Positions 36,007 through 49,505 of a DNA stretch of 61,565 bases are shown in pieces. The notes below the pieces were generated by a model. That model did not search any database, was not told the DNA's origin, and saw only the letters and a list, made by a program, of their open reading frames with translations. The stretch is from Malacoraja senta (taxonomy: Eukaryota). The stretch is from assembly GCA_038087875.1 (NCBI GenBank), contig JAXLNO010001451.1, positions 124,001 through 185,565 on the forward strand. The letters are read 5' to 3'. A program made the translations under genes and the position numbers. The stretch's first letter is position 1; every line of letters begins with the position of its first letter.

Positions 36007-37069
36007 TCTATATAATTAATAGTCTCATCTTGACCACTTCCTGTCTGCGCTGTATATTGATTTTAGAAAAAACACTGCCCTGTATCACTGTGATTTTTGG
36101 CCATTTTACTCAGTTTGGCCATCTTACTCAGTTTACATTTTACTGAGCCAGCCCCGAGGATTTTTCCCATCGATGAAAAATAAAAAAAGTTATGAGTGTT
36201 TAAAAAACCTTGAGATCAGCTGATTGGTCCTCTCGCCTGTCAATCACCGTGATGAAGGTAACGCCCCTTCCGGGGGGGGGGCAGGACTATAAAACCCCGG
36301 ATGCCTGGACGTGAGTCAGTCATTCTGCAAGATTGCGAGGGAGAGGCCACGACTGTCATTCTCAGCTGTGAATCAACTGAACTGTGAGTCTGCAATGTAT
36401 TTGCAATAAAATGATTTGTTAGCCCTTAATGACAATGCCATGAGTTGTTTTGCCTGATGCCCTGCCTGTGCTTGAAAGTGCAATGCTTAATTTGAAATGA
36501 AATGAAATGACAATGCCATGAGTTGTTTGGCCTGCTGCCCTGCCTGTGCTTGAAACTGCAATGCTTTATTAGGTCCGCCTGTATTTGCAAGGAATAAATG
36601 CTTTATTAGGTCCGACTGTGTTTGGAAGGAATAAATGCTTTATTAGGTCCGACTGTGTTTAGTCCAAAAGTCCCGCTCATTTCGTGACTTCCGCTTAGTG
36701 GACAGGTCGCGCTGATTGCGTAATTTCCGGTGAGTGCAGAGGTCGCGCTGATTGCGTAATTTCCGGTAAGTGCAGAGGTCACGCTGATTGCGGAAGTGCC
36801 GCTGACTGCGGAAGTCCCACAGTGGAGAGGCCGCGCTCAGCCGTGTGAGTAGATTCAAGAAAGTTTACTGTCATATATATGGTGTAAGTGTGTATGTGAG
36901 TGTGTGTGTGTGTGTGTGTGTGTGAGTCTGTGTGTGTGTGTGTGTGTGTGAGGTGGAGGGTGTGTGTGAGTGTGTGTGTATATTGGAATTGGTGGAGAGG
37001 TGGAATATTGCGTTGGGGGACCAGCCCTCCCGTGTGAAGCTGGGACCCAACGGGTCCCACTTAGTCTAG
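36007..37069 (+). mobile_element. Complete non-autonomous Helitron (copy C, 1063 bp)
   Basis: A|TCTATATAATTAATAG...TGGGACCCAACGGGTCCCA-CTTAGT-CTAG|T; internal 78-, 37- and 36-bp tandem repeats and (GT)n. Confidence 0.9.
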
Positions 37070-37091
37070 TATCCAATAAAGCATACTTTCT

Positions 37092-37975
37092 GAAGATAGA
37101 CACAAAAAGCTGGAGTAACTCAGCAGGACAGGCAGCATCTCTGGAGAGAAGGAATGGGTGACATTCCGTGGCGAGACCCTTCTTCAGACTGGTTAGGGAT
37201 AAGGGAAACGAGAGATATAGACGATGTGGAGAGATAAAGAACAACGAATGAAAGATATGATAAAGGAAACAGGCCATTGTAAGCTGTTTGTAGGGTGAAA
37301 AAACATAAGCTGCTGCGACTTGGGTGGGGGAGGGATAGAGAGCGAGGGAATGCCGGGGCTACCTGAAGTAAGAGAAATCAATATTCGTACCACTGGGCTC
37401 TAAGCTGCCCAAGCAAAATATGAAATGCTGTTCCTCCAATTTGCGTTTTGCCTCACTCTGATAATGGAGGAGGCCGAGGACAGAAAGGTCTGTGTAGGAA
37501 TGGGAAGGAGAATTAAAGTGTCCCGCAACCGGGAGAGCAGGTTGGTTCACGCGGGCTGAACAAAAGTGTTCCGCGAAACGATCGCCCAGTCTGCGTTTGG
37601 TCTTGCCGATGTATAGTGAACCTCTGCCTAACCTGAAAGGACTGTCAGGGTCCCTGGACAGAGTCGAGGGAAGAGGTATAGTGACATGTGTTGCATCTTC
37701 TGCAGTTGCAGGGGAATGTATCTGGGGAGTGGGTGGTTTGGGTGGGGAGGGGGTAGTTTGTGTGGGCAAGGATGAGTTAACTAGGGAGTTGCGGAGGGAA
37801 CGGTCTCTGTGGAAGGCGGAAAGGAGTGGAAATGGGAAAATGTGGCTAGTGGTGGGATCCCGTTGGAGATGGCGGAAATTTTGGAGGATTATGTGTTGTA
37901 TGCGACGGCTGATGGGGTGGAAGGTAAGGTCTCTTGCGACTCGGGGGAGGGGGAGCAAAGCAGAGCTACGGGGTA
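37092..37975 (-). mobile_element. Penelope 3' fragment (GIY-YIG plus pLTR)
   Basis: LYIGKTKRRLGDRFAEH...RKLEEQH in ORF 37359-37982; pLTR 37092-37190. Confidence 0.92.
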
Positions 37976-38149
37976 AATGCATACTGTCTGGTTACACTGC
38001 TTGTTTTGAGGGAAGCAAAAATATCTAATTGCAAAGTTCTCATTTGCGAATGTGAGATTTTAAGCAACATCTTGTTAAAATTTAGGTGTACCGTATAATG
38101 CATATATTAGTCCAACATTTAGTAGCTGTCGTTTCTGGGTTTTTTTTAC

Positions 38150-39060
38150 TATTCCTTTATGGGATTGGGCATTTTTTGGCAATAGCAGCATTTATTGACA
38201 ATTCCTAATTGCCTCTGTGAAAGTAATGGTGAGTTCTACCTTGACCTGTGTGGCTTAAACAAGATATCAGGAGGAATTCCGATGTATAAATGATTCAATA
38301 AAGGTGGAGGCATAGTAATGAAGGATTAGCAAATTATATCCAAGTTAGTATTAGTTATGATTTGGCATGGGACCTGAAACTCACTTTCTTAAGTATCTAC
38401 TGCTTTTATTCTTCTAAATAGTAGGACTTGTCGATTTGTGCTGAATGGACATTGGGGACCTACTGTTAGATGGAGTACACTGTAGTTTTATAGTGCCAGT
38501 AGTGAATGTTGATGATAATGGATGGAGTATTGATTAAATAAACTGCTTTGTTCTAGTTAGAGTTGACCTTCTTAAATGCTGTGGGTGCAGTAATCATCCA
38601 GAGAGGTGGCTTGTTTTCCAAAACAGTCCTGAACTGTACCTTGCAAATTACGGAAAGATTCTAGAGGTCAAGACACGAGTCACTGTAGCAAAATACAGAG
38701 CTTGTATAGCTTTTGATTGATATAGGGTGTCAAAGGATAAAAGGAGTGCAAAGCTATCTTATTCACCTGTTTACAGAAAAAAACCCAGTTTTGCGTATTT
38801 TGTATTCCAAACCCAGTAGATTTCTAACCCAGTAGTTCAGCCAGTAATCCACAAATATTAATACTTTGATTTCATCATTATGGTGAAGGGATTCAGGGAA
38901 GGAATGTATATGATACTACTCCACTCCAGAAATGAGCGCAGGATTCAGATGGCTTAGTTTTAGAACCTGTGAAAAGTTGGTGGATTGCTGACCATGATGA
39001 TATAATTGATTCATTTGATAATACAATTGCAGTGTTCTTATTACTGGACCTGGTAAGAAT
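38150..39060 (-). mobile_element. Old HER1/CR1-like LINE remnant
   Basis: gcagcatttattgacaattcctaattgcctctgtgaaagtaatggtgag resembles the recalled shark HER1/HE1 3' region; highly degraded. Confidence 0.45.
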
Positions 39061-39605
39061 CTATAGTAACGTGTAAGTGTTAATGGGTGTGTATAGGAAA
39101 GGGTGTTGATGGTTTGGTGCTTCAAGTTTGTACCTGGAGATGGAGGGCAATCAGAATTAAATCTGGGTCCAAATAGGCTCATTATTTGTGCTAATGCTCA
39201 CCACATGTGAATTGAGAACGCGTCTTTTTGCACTTCTTTACCAAGATTGTGTTGAGTGCAATTCAGAAACGTGTGTGCGTTTATCTGCTACCATTTTCGT
39301 TCCAAATCAACTTGTTTCACATCCCTTTGGAATTAATTACTTTATTAAGATGTTGTAAATGCTCTTATGTGGCAAGAAACGCCAAATGTTATCCTTGACA
39401 GTGAAGAAAGGTTATTTGTATGATCTGCAGTATTCTAGGCGTTGTATTTCATTGCTAACATTTATTGATGTCTCAAGAAATCTACATAAGAAAGCTAAAT
39501 ACTGAATATCCATAATACTAGATTGCATTTTCTATCTATTTGTCATTTCCTCTTTGGGAGTAGTACATAGGTTTATTTTAGTCTTTTGAATGTGGTCTTG
39601 AATTT

Positions 39606-39701
39606 TGTGTAAGAAGGAACTGCAGATGCTGGTTTAAACCGAAGATAGACCTCTCCAGAGATGCTGATCCCGCTGCGTTACTCCAGCTCTTTGTGTCTAT
39701 C
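39606..39701. mobile_element. Internally deleted palindromic Penelope-pLTR element
   Basis: Antisense arm plus sense arm; flanked by 15-bp direct repeat TGTGGTCTTGAATTT (39591, 39702). Confidence 0.8.
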
Positions 39702-40247
39702 TGTGGTCTTGAATTTGTTTGATACCTGTTATGTTTGTGGTAAATAGTGCTAAAGTCTGATATGTTATACATTTCTTGATGGAATTGTATGGCTCTGCTT
39801 TGTTTCATTGGTATTGAATGACCATGGTGGATCTACTGAGCGTTTTGACCTCATTACCTGCTTATTTCTCAACTGTTCAAGATCCTTATCTTGTTTCATT
39901 GCTAGGATATTGGTGGCTCGAGCAAAAGCCTTTTTAAAAAAAAATGTTGCTGCATTAGTTTTTACATTGGTTTATGAGGTATGTTGAATTGTTGCCTGAA
40001 AAATTTAAAACAATTTTATATTCAGTATTTGTTATTGCCTCAGTAGCACGTGTAATAGAACAATTTTATGTCTGAAATCAAAGATGTGTACTATGCTGCA
40101 TTTATTTTAGCAGATGAATTTTAGATAGCTAAAAGCATTGTACCATAACTGATGTTAAAATAACCCAAATATCATTCTGTGCTGAGAAGTATTTATGGTG
40201 AAAGAAATGCTGATGCTCTTCCTTTAATAATTGATTTTGTTTTACAG

Positions 40248-40286
40248 GCTGCTGCTATTTTCAATTCTGCTTTTGGAAGTTTTCTG
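40248..40286 (+). CDS. slc10a7: Internal 39-nt coding exon of sodium/bile acid cotransporter family member 7 ([13 protein letters not shown])
   Basis: Acceptor ttgattttgttttacAG, exon GCTGCTGCTATTTTCAATTCTGCTTTTGGAAGTTTTCTG, donor GTaaga, phase 0/0. The peptide matches the vertebrate SLC10A7 segment ...[20 protein letters not shown]... as I recall it. Flanking exons were not found in the window, consistent with very long introns. Confidence 0.92.
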
Positions 40287-42354
40287 GTAAGAGTCAAAGT
40301 ATTTAATGATTATAATACAAGATTTATTTTTGTTATTTAAATTGCAATGATTATTTATTATTGAGTTACTTAATAAACAAATTCGAGATTTCTCAGTTGG
40401 TTTATGTCAGGAACATCTTTAAAAAATAACTATTTTAAATTATGGTAATCTTAACTTTGCAATCCGTCCTAAAATTGCCGATAAATAAAATGAAGATTTT
40501 AATATCTTTTATTTTTCTCTTGTTTTATTTTGTAAGATTTTTTTCCAGTTCATAATGTTAAAACCTCCTCTTACAGATAGTTTGTTGGTATTATTGAATT
40601 TGAAGATGACTAATATTAAAATTTGCATATCTCTCTGAATTGTGGCTACAAATTGATGATGCTCATGCAACATAAAATCAGTTTTTCTGTAATTATTTAA
40701 ATTATTTTTACAGAGCAGTACATTCTGCTTCTGGCTGCTAATCCTAACGAATGGAATTCTAAAATTTCTCATTTACTCATTAATATTTACAAAGTGTATT
40801 TCAATATTATTCTTATAGTGAACCTTTCCACTACGTTTATAAATGTAATTTTGGATGAGATATCAATTGGTTATATTATTGAAAGGACTAAGTTGAAGCA
40901 TGTATTGACATTTTTATGAAGATCATTAAATAAATATTTGCTACAAAAGGATTTATATTGGGAAGCTAAATCAAAGCACATGGATGTTGCAGAATAGGAT
41001 AATTTAATTTGTAGCTGTATTTTGCTTATGTTTACATTTTTGCTTTCTACTTATACTAAGGTCAATTCTTACTCACGATCAAGAGATATATCATACAAAT
41101 CTTTTTTTAAACTGATACATGTTTAATTACAGTAAAACAAAGGATTTTAGAAGCTTTGGTATTTTAGTTTAGTGTCCTGTTTATATTTGATAGAATAATA
41201 CAATTTCCATATATTTCAGACTCTTTTTGCATTGTGCCACAGAGAATTGCTCTAAGTTAGAGGCATAATTTCATTATCCATTTTATTCACGCTGTTTTAC
41301 AATAAAATAGAGTGGAGTAAATGAGTTGATTTCCCTCCTTGATGTGCAGTAATAATATTTGATGGCAAATCAATTATAGTCTGCTGAATAGCCAGCTAAT
41401 AAAATTTGCCTGTGCTGTTATCGGTCTAAATTATGAACATTTTCTACATTTTAAAATATTTTTCTAACTGCTGTAGTTATTAGAATTTGCATCTGTGTTG
41501 TGAATATTACTATAATTTGTAATGATTTGAGGCAGTACAAGGAATATAAGGAATAAACTCCGATGTGAACATTAAAAAATCCAGATACACCTATTTGTCA
41601 GTAGAAGAAAGCTTGAAAACAGTTTCAGTCCATAATCAGATGAAACCATTTGTTTAACAATTAAATATTATTTTGTTATTTATAACTGATGCCTTGGTTT
41701 TAAAAATGTGTCTTGGCAAAATATATTTATTCAAAATTATTAATGTCATTATTAGTGTTTCAGCTGATATTTTTTCACTCAAATGTGTATCCGTGAATAC
41801 CAGCTTCACACGGGGTTTGCACTTATGTCAATTTAATTGGGGAGTATGTAAATATAGCGGTCATTTCATTTTTCTTGCAAATTTGTAATAGAAATTTAAT
41901 TGGCCAGAAGTTCCAACTTTATTTTATTTTAACCAAGTTGATTTTTAATACAGTGAATTACTTTATTCTATGTGAAATGTACATGCTCCTAATAATATCA
42001 AACCTGGATGTGATATTTTCAATTGGGAATGGGGGTTGCACAGTATGAGGATAAGTAACTTTGAAATGTTTTACAAATAATTATGCCAAAAGTGTGATAG
42101 ATTGGATTGCAAGACTATAATCAAGTAGTTTGTTCCATACTTGGACTGGAGGAGAAACAAGCTGTAAGAAACAAAATATAAAGTATTTTCTTCAAATCCA
42201 AATGATAGCTGAAGTGGGAGAGAATACATTAAAGCTGAAATGACTGTCAAACAAGTTTCTTTTCCGCCAGATGTCCTCGCATTCTTTTTGAAAATAGTAT
42301 CCATGAATTTGTGGATAATGAGAATAATGGACTGTGGGAAAATTTTAGATACAC

Positions 42355-42770
42355 GACTCCCAATCTATGTTAGGTGTCTACAAAGTAGAGATCACATTGT
42401 GAAGATTTAATACAGTATGCTAGATTGCAAGAATTGCAAATGAATTGGGAAGGACTGTTTGGTTCCTGGATAATGAGAAGGGAAGAGATAAATGTACAGG
42501 TCTTGCATCTATTGCAGTTACATGGGAAAGTGCTACAAGAAGAGTAATTGGTGGAAGGGGACAAATGGATCAGAGAGTTGCGAAAGGAATGGTGTCTTTG
42601 AAATGCTAAAGAGGAGGAGATGGCAGGGGAAGTTGTTTCGGATGGTAGAAATGTTTTGAAGCTGGCAGAAATTGAATAACATGATCAGTTGAATGTAGAG
42701 GCTGGTGAGTTGGAAGATGATGGCCATGGAAAAGAGGGTGAAAAAAGAGTTGTGGGAAAGAGATGTAGTC
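42355..42770 (-). mobile_element. Old Penelope fragment (Cys-rich linker/GIY-YIG)
   Basis: TFPCNCNRCKTC...CNSCNLAYCI..CDLY in ORF 42370-42564. Confidence 0.72.
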
Positions 42771-43299
42771 AAAGTATCTATTATGTTTACCTAGTATTAC
42801 AGTTATGAATTTACTGTATTATTAATTAATATGATTATTAGATATTTATCTATATTACTGTGTTTACAGACCTGTGAAACTATAGCAAGTGTGAATTTCA
42901 TTGTCCCATTGCCGGTACATATGACAATTAAACAGTCTTGTCTTAAGTCTTGTATATATGCCATGATGGAAAATGGTCACATGGAAGCAAGGATTATGTT
43001 CTAGACCTTTAACTTCACCCATAGCCCAACCCTCAGTCAGTAACTCACAGGCTACTTTGCGTGCCAGTACCTATATCCGTTGCTCTACACATGCAAACTG
43101 CAAAGTTTTTGATGGTGTCCTATGAACTACCAACAACCTGGGAAAAACATCTAAGCCATCGCAGCATTCAGTCACTGATGTTGGTTACCCAGCTGTACCT
43201 CAAATCCTACAGGTTGCACTGATAGGGTAGCAGACATAAGAAAAAAATAACTTTTTATTTCACGAGGGTATGTTTGTTGTTTTGTATCATAGGCAAGTC

Positions 43300-45075
43300 G
43301 GGGAACTGGAACAAGCAGATTTGGTAGTGCTACGGGTGGGTTTAAACTAGATTGGCAGGGGAGGGGGGAAGCAGGTTCCAATGCAGGACTGAGGCAGGTG
43401 AGAGGCTGGGAGACTGTATGGTGGTAATGAAATAAAGTTCAGTGGACAGAATAAGCAGGATTATTGCTTATCCTGCAGTGAGGAAGGACTGTTGGGTTGA
43501 ATTGCATTTATTTTAATGCGAGAGGCATGACTCGTAAGGCAGATGAATGTATGAAGGTAAGGCAGATTAACTCAGGGCATAGATAGGTACGTATGACTGG
43601 GATGTTGTAGCCATTATGGAAACTTGGCTAAGGGAGGGACAGGACTGGCAACTTAATGTTTCAGGGTGCAGGTGCTAAAGCAGAGAAACAAGTGGGGGTA
43701 AAAGATGAAGGAGTGTTGCTTTATTGATTAGGGAGAATATGGCAGTTCTCTGAATTACATTACTGATGGTTTGTCCAGTGAGGCTCTACGGGATAGAGCT
43801 GAGAAATAAAAAAGGGGTGATTACGTAGTTGGGAGTGTGCTATAAGCTCCTGAATAATCAATGGGAATTAAAGAACAACTATGCTAGGAGATTGCAGGCA
43901 GCTGCAAGACTAATAAGGATGTCATACTATATTAGTAAGGTTGTTATAATGTCTCTCAGAGACCAAAGTGGTCATCTATATGTGGAGCTGCGGGAGATGG
44001 GCAATTTCCTCAATGAGTATTTCTCCTCTTACTGTTGAGAAAAGCATGAAGGCTGGGTACTTGGGACAGTTATTGGAAATGTTTTGAGGACAGTCCATAT
44101 TACGGTCGAGGACATACAGGACGTCCTAAGACATATGAAGGTAGATAAATCTCCGGGGCCTGTTCAGATATATCTGAGAACACTGTGGGAAGCTAGAGAA
44201 GAAACTGGAGGCGCTTTGACTGGGATATATAAATTGGCTTAATGGAAGGAAGGAAGCAGAGGGTGATGGTGGAAGGTTGCTTTTCGGACTGGAGGCCTGT
44301 GAATAGTGGGATGCCTCGGGTCAATGCTGAGCCCATTGCTGTTTGTGGTTTATAACAATGATGGAGATTAAAATGTGGAAGGCATGATTAGCAAGTTTGC
44401 AGGTGACACAAACGTGGGTGGTATTGTAGATAATGAAGTTGGTAATCAAAAATTACAGCAAGAGCTTGATCGGTTGGGTAAGTGGGCGGAAGAATGGTTA
44501 ATGGATTTGAATGTAGATAAGTGCAAGGTGTTGCATTTTGGGAAGTCAATCCAGAGCAGGACCTTCACAGTAGATGACAGAGCCCTGGGGAATGTTGCAG
44601 AACAGGGAGATCTAGGAGTACATAGTTCCTTGAAAGTGTTGTCACAGGTTGTTACGTACATTCGTTTTTATCAGTCTGGATGTTGCTAGGACTTGAAGAC
44701 CTGAGCTATAGGGAGTGGCTGGGCAGGGAAGGACTTTATCCCTTGGTGATCATGAGTGGAATAGATAGGATCAATGCACGGAGTCTTTTACCCAGAGTAG
44801 TGGACATAGATTTAAGGAGCAAAGAGAAAGTTTTAATAGGAACCTGAGGGGAAACCTTTTCACACTGAAGCTGGTGGGTATATAGAACAAACTGCCAGAG
44901 GAGGCCGTGAAAGAAGATGTTATAACAACATTTAAAATACATTTGGATAGTTACATGGATCGGAATGGTTTAGAGGAATATGGGTGAAACGTAGGCAGAT
45001 GTGACTAGTGTAGATAGAGCATCTTGGTCGGCGTGGACAAGTTGGGTCGAAGGGCCTGTTTCCGTGCCACTATGA
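43300..45075 (+). mobile_element. Heavily deleted CR1 (end of ORF1, endonuclease, RT, 3' UTR)
   Basis: gtttaaactag ORF1 end, YFNARG-like start, ISKFAGDT..CKVLHFG, 3' gggtcgaagggcctgtttccgtgc. Confidence 0.85.
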
Positions 45076-45972
45076 CCATGTTATCAATTTTCATCTCTTT
45101 CCTTCTTCCATCCTAGGGTGCTGCAAGGCCATTAACAGTTTAACTAGCTTTATGATGTTTTTGAATCAATGGAGTTATGTATAAAGGTGCAAAGGTGGTT
45201 GCACTGTGAATTTTACAATAAGGATCTTCTGGGCAGAAGTGTGAACTGCTAGGGTTGAATCACCTGCTTCCTCCTTCAGATTATCTTAAGCGGACATGAG
45301 CTCTTCACCTTGTTCGTCCTGTAGGGTTTAAGCGTTGCTTCAACGCAGAGTAAAAAGCATTTTGTTTTCTCTGTTTAGTGTATTCTGAAGTATACATTTG
45401 AATTTATTCAGCCACCTGAAACATAACTACTCAGTCACACATCTGGTGATAATATGGCACTTCTTGTAACCAAATTGAACTTCACTGTTAATATATCTAA
45501 CATCCACCGTCTACTGAGTTTGCAATGGGTGTTCTTTGTTGCTTGGCAACTATCCCATTATTCTATTTTCAGGACAGAAGAAATGTGCAGCAGAACCAAA
45601 GCACGACAGCAGCTGCCCAAGACTTTGTGTGCAACAGTAGAAAAATTCTATTGCAATTACTCACCAGCTGCGGCACCTTGTTGGAATGGAAGGCCTTCCA
45701 GTTGTTCAGTACTTTCATTTATTCTGTGGTTTATCAGTTCGCCATGTGTGCAATCAATGATGACCTATACCTAACGGAATCCAACTACAGTAGCAAAGAT
45801 AACCTATCATTTGGACTGGCATCAAGGGTGTCATGGTTGTGTGAGAAATCTGATAGGCGTCTGCCAAAACCATTATAAGATCTCACGATATTGTGGGTAT
45901 TAATGTCTTTAACAACAGCAAAAGCAAGCCACCTAGGAAGTTCCACCTTTTTGCCATCATCTGATATAGCTT

Positions 45973-46330
45973 TGTGTAGGAAGGAACTGCAGATGCTAGT
46001 TTACACCAAAGATAGACACAAAATGCTGGAGTATTTCAGCAGGACAGGCAGCATCTCTGGTAACGTTTCAGGTCGAGACCCTTCTTCAGACTGAGGGTCA
46101 GGGGAGAGGGAGTCTAAAGATATGCAAGGGTAAGGTGTGAAAACGATAGATCAGAGCAGATGATGATAAGGAAATGTGGAATGGTTCATTGTTAGCTGAG
46201 GAGAAGGTGACAACACGGTATACGATCATTAATATTTAAACAAGAGGATAGTAGAACTAGTCGGAGAACTAGGATCCTAGTTAACTAACAATGAACCATT
46301 CTACATTTCCTTATCATCATCTGCCCTGAT
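45973..46330 (-). mobile_element. Penelope pLTR with partial fold-back duplication and hammerhead core
   Basis: pLTR 45973-46095; 46150-46195 is inverted at 46285-46330. Confidence 0.8.
46062..46089 (-). ncRNA. Minimal type-I hammerhead ribozyme core (Penelope type)
   Basis: Minus strand CUGAAGA-A-GGGUC-UC-GACCU-GAAAC-GUU: conserved core, helix II, palindromic AACGUU helix III; helix I only about 2 bp. Confidence 0.6.
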
Positions 46331-46884
46331 GTGTCATATTCTGTGTTATTAACTTCATGGTGCTCTTTGTCATATTCTGGATGGATGGCTTTATGACATT
46401 TGTTGTAACAGTCTCTTGCTATTTTTGGAACACCAACTGTACATGAAGCAGATGTCGTCAGATCAACTGGTGATTTTTTTTTAAACAAAGCATAAAAGAT
46501 TGAATATAGTGAACGCAGAAGGCTACTGTAAGTTGAATGGCTCTAGCAAGCTGCCTAATGTCTTGTGTTCACTGTAAGTATCTTATGTTGGTGGTCATGT
46601 GCATCTGGTCTTGGAGGCTATACAAATCTTCACTTCTGTTAGTGTTCTACTTCGGATGTTGGAATCTGTAACTCGCATATCATGGGGCAGCCTCGATTGT
46701 GGGACACCCAAATCCCCAGTATCATCTCTTTACTGCTCTCTTTCCAAGAGGGAGAGATACATTTACCCTTCATTGAATGCTGGGTGGCATAGGCGGAAAT
46801 CCCGGGGGGGGGGGGGGTGTATCCGCTATGTCTTGAGAGGTGGGGGACAATCCCCCCCATGTTATCTCTTCCCTGCTTCTTCTC

Positions 46885-47255
46885 CTGCAGTCAAGCAGTC
46901 ACACTGCGGCGTCAAGGCTCTCGATGTTGAAGCGCCCGCCGGGCGATGGTAGATCCCGCAGCTGATTATAAGCCGCGCCGGGCGACGAAAGGCCCACAAT
47001 TTGGGGCGTAAGAAGCTGCTGTTGTTGCTGGAGCTCCCGAAAGTCGGTCACCAACCAGGGACCTGCGAGCTCCCGATATTACAGTCCACAGGGCCCGCGG
47101 CTGAAGCCTCTGAAGTTGAGTTGCAGCCGCAATGCCACCACAGCCTCCGAAGTCAGCCAGCTCCGTGGGGGTAAGTCCACAGGCTCTGCGACCGGAGCCC
47201 TCAAGGTCGATTCCAGTTGGAAGCCACTAGCTCCCAGATGTTAGGCCTCAGCGCA
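46885..47255 (-). mobile_element. Internal fragment of the CpG-rich retroelement family
   Basis: ggagctcccga, gacctgcgagctc, gggcccgcgg and ttaggcctcagcgca motifs shared with 8065, 13241 and 17897 copies. Confidence 0.65.
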
Positions 47256-47263
47256 AATATATA

Positions 47264-47345
47264 CCGTATTTCCCGGCGTCCAGGACACTATTTGTTACTC
47301 TGAAATAAGGCCAGAAAATTTACCTGCGTCTTGGAGGCCGAAGCT
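47264..47345. mobile_element. Possible Tc2/pogo-type TIR fragment
   Basis: TA|CCGTATTTCCCGGCGTCCAGGAC...GCGTCTTGGAGGCCGAA; no partner TIR seen. Confidence 0.45.
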
Positions 47346-49505
47346 TAGGCCGAGCAATGCCACTCCGTGGAACCTGCCATGCCTTCGACCCTGGAACTGT
47401 GTGAAGTGGAAAGCGGCTGCAAAAGGACAGCGCCGCTGGGGGGGGAAGGGGAGCGTTCCTTTCCACAGCGTGTGGGGAGTCTGGCCCGGATGAGCACAAC
47501 CTGGGCTGCACAAAGTAGTAAACTTGGCTGGGCCGCCAGGGGTAAAGTTGCGGGGAGGGCAGGAGTGTTGAGAAGGAGGGGGTCGGAGATCCTGCTCGCA
47601 ACTCACTCACCTCCGGGCACGGAGCCACCGTATTGTGGCCTGGGAGGGAAGTCGGGCCACCAGGTAATTGTGTCCCCCCCCCCCCCCCCCATGTTTTAAA
47701 AGCGATTTCTGCCCATGCTGGGTGGGAATGGGTAAGGGATAACCAACCACCAGGAGACAGTAATAATGTTTCCAGCTGCAGTCTGAAATGAACCAGAAAT
47801 GAAAATTGTAGGACACTGATTTTCAGAGCCAACGTGTAGCATCATGTGGGCCTGCAGCTCGTATTGCAGCGTATGGAAAATTCCTGTAATCGACGATTTG
47901 AAGGAACTAAATCTCTGAACACCCTGCAGCTTTGAGCTATACCTGATATGTTCTCTCGACACTCCAGCAGCAAGGCCAATCAGGTCAGAGATCTCGTCTC
48001 TATCCATCCCACTCCTTCCAGCAACTTGGACATCTCTTTAAATACTTTAACTCCCTATCATGGCGAAGGCCCAGCAAAAGAGCAGTGAAGTCCCCATTTG
48101 TGGCAATGAAATTACTAATTATTCATTACATTACAAAGTAATTTGCTGCATTTTGAAATGTGTTTCGGAGATAGATGCTCTGTAACTCTTAGGTTTTTAC
48201 TCACTAAAAACATTTCAGTTCATGGATTACAAAAATAATGACATATTAAAAAAATATCATGGTATTCAAGGGAAAAACACTAAAAATCCGTGAAAAGATA
48301 AATAGGTCTCAATTTTTCTTATGATGTTTTAAATTGTAAAATTAACACTACCAATATTTTAAATCCAGAAAGGAATACTAAAATGACTAACTCACATTTT
48401 ATTATTCTGCAAAATAATTTTATTAAACAGCATTTCACTTGAAACAATCAGCAAATCATGCCACTGCACAGCATGCACATAGTAAAACTTTTCAATTGAC
48501 CTGGGCTAAGCTTGGAAAGTGATAGATTTTCTAGTAATTTTTGTTCTTTATTTCCAATATTCAACTACTGCAGTTAAAGGAAACTACAAGCAATACATTT
48601 TCTTCACAGTGAGACATTGAGCATTGGAGCTGATATTACCAGTTAACATCTATACATTCAGGCTCAGTAGAACTGATGGTGGTATCAATTTTTTTTTTTG
48701 CTTATTGAACTAAAGGACGTGGAAACAACTTTATAGAATACCGCATGGGCTAATTTATTTTCCCCATTTAACACCTGAACCAAGGATTCAACTATGTTCA
48801 AGCAAGGAATATCAGTGAGTTAACGTAACTGCAAATGCGGCAGAAACAGAGCTGTCGAACAGAGACCATTGCATATAAATTGGTTATTTGGCCTATTTAG
48901 ACCTTATCAAATCTATGTTTGCATCTCTTTTCAACATTAACCCACTTTTATCGTCTCCTATTTTTATCTAATTTCTTCCTAAATACATTTATGCAGTTTT
49001 CAATATCTACTTCTGATTGTGAGTTTCACATTTTGACATCACTCTGGATAAATGATACTCTTTTCTGAATTACATTTTTTTACGTGTCACTTTTTAATGT
49101 ACAAGGTTCCTGATTTTAATCTTCCCCTACAGTAGAAACATCTCAAATTTCCACATGCAGCTGAACAAAACCTCTCTTCATTCATTGCTCTACCTTCCCT
49201 TTCCTGTAAAATCTCCTGTGCCAGAACAGGGAACTGAGCTTGTAGCTTAATCTTGTACATTTGGCACATACCTCTCTACACCTTTCCTATCCATGTACCT
49301 ATCCAAATGTATTTTAAATGTTGTTATTGTACCTGCCTCAACCACCTCCCTCAGCAGCTCGATCCATATACCCACCACCCTCAGTGTGAAAAGGTTGCTC
49401 CTTGGGTTAGAAACATAGAAACATAGAAAATAGGTGCAGGAGGAGGCCATTCGGCCTTTCGAGCCAGCACCGCCAAACATTGTGATCATGGCTGATCGTC
49501 CCCTA

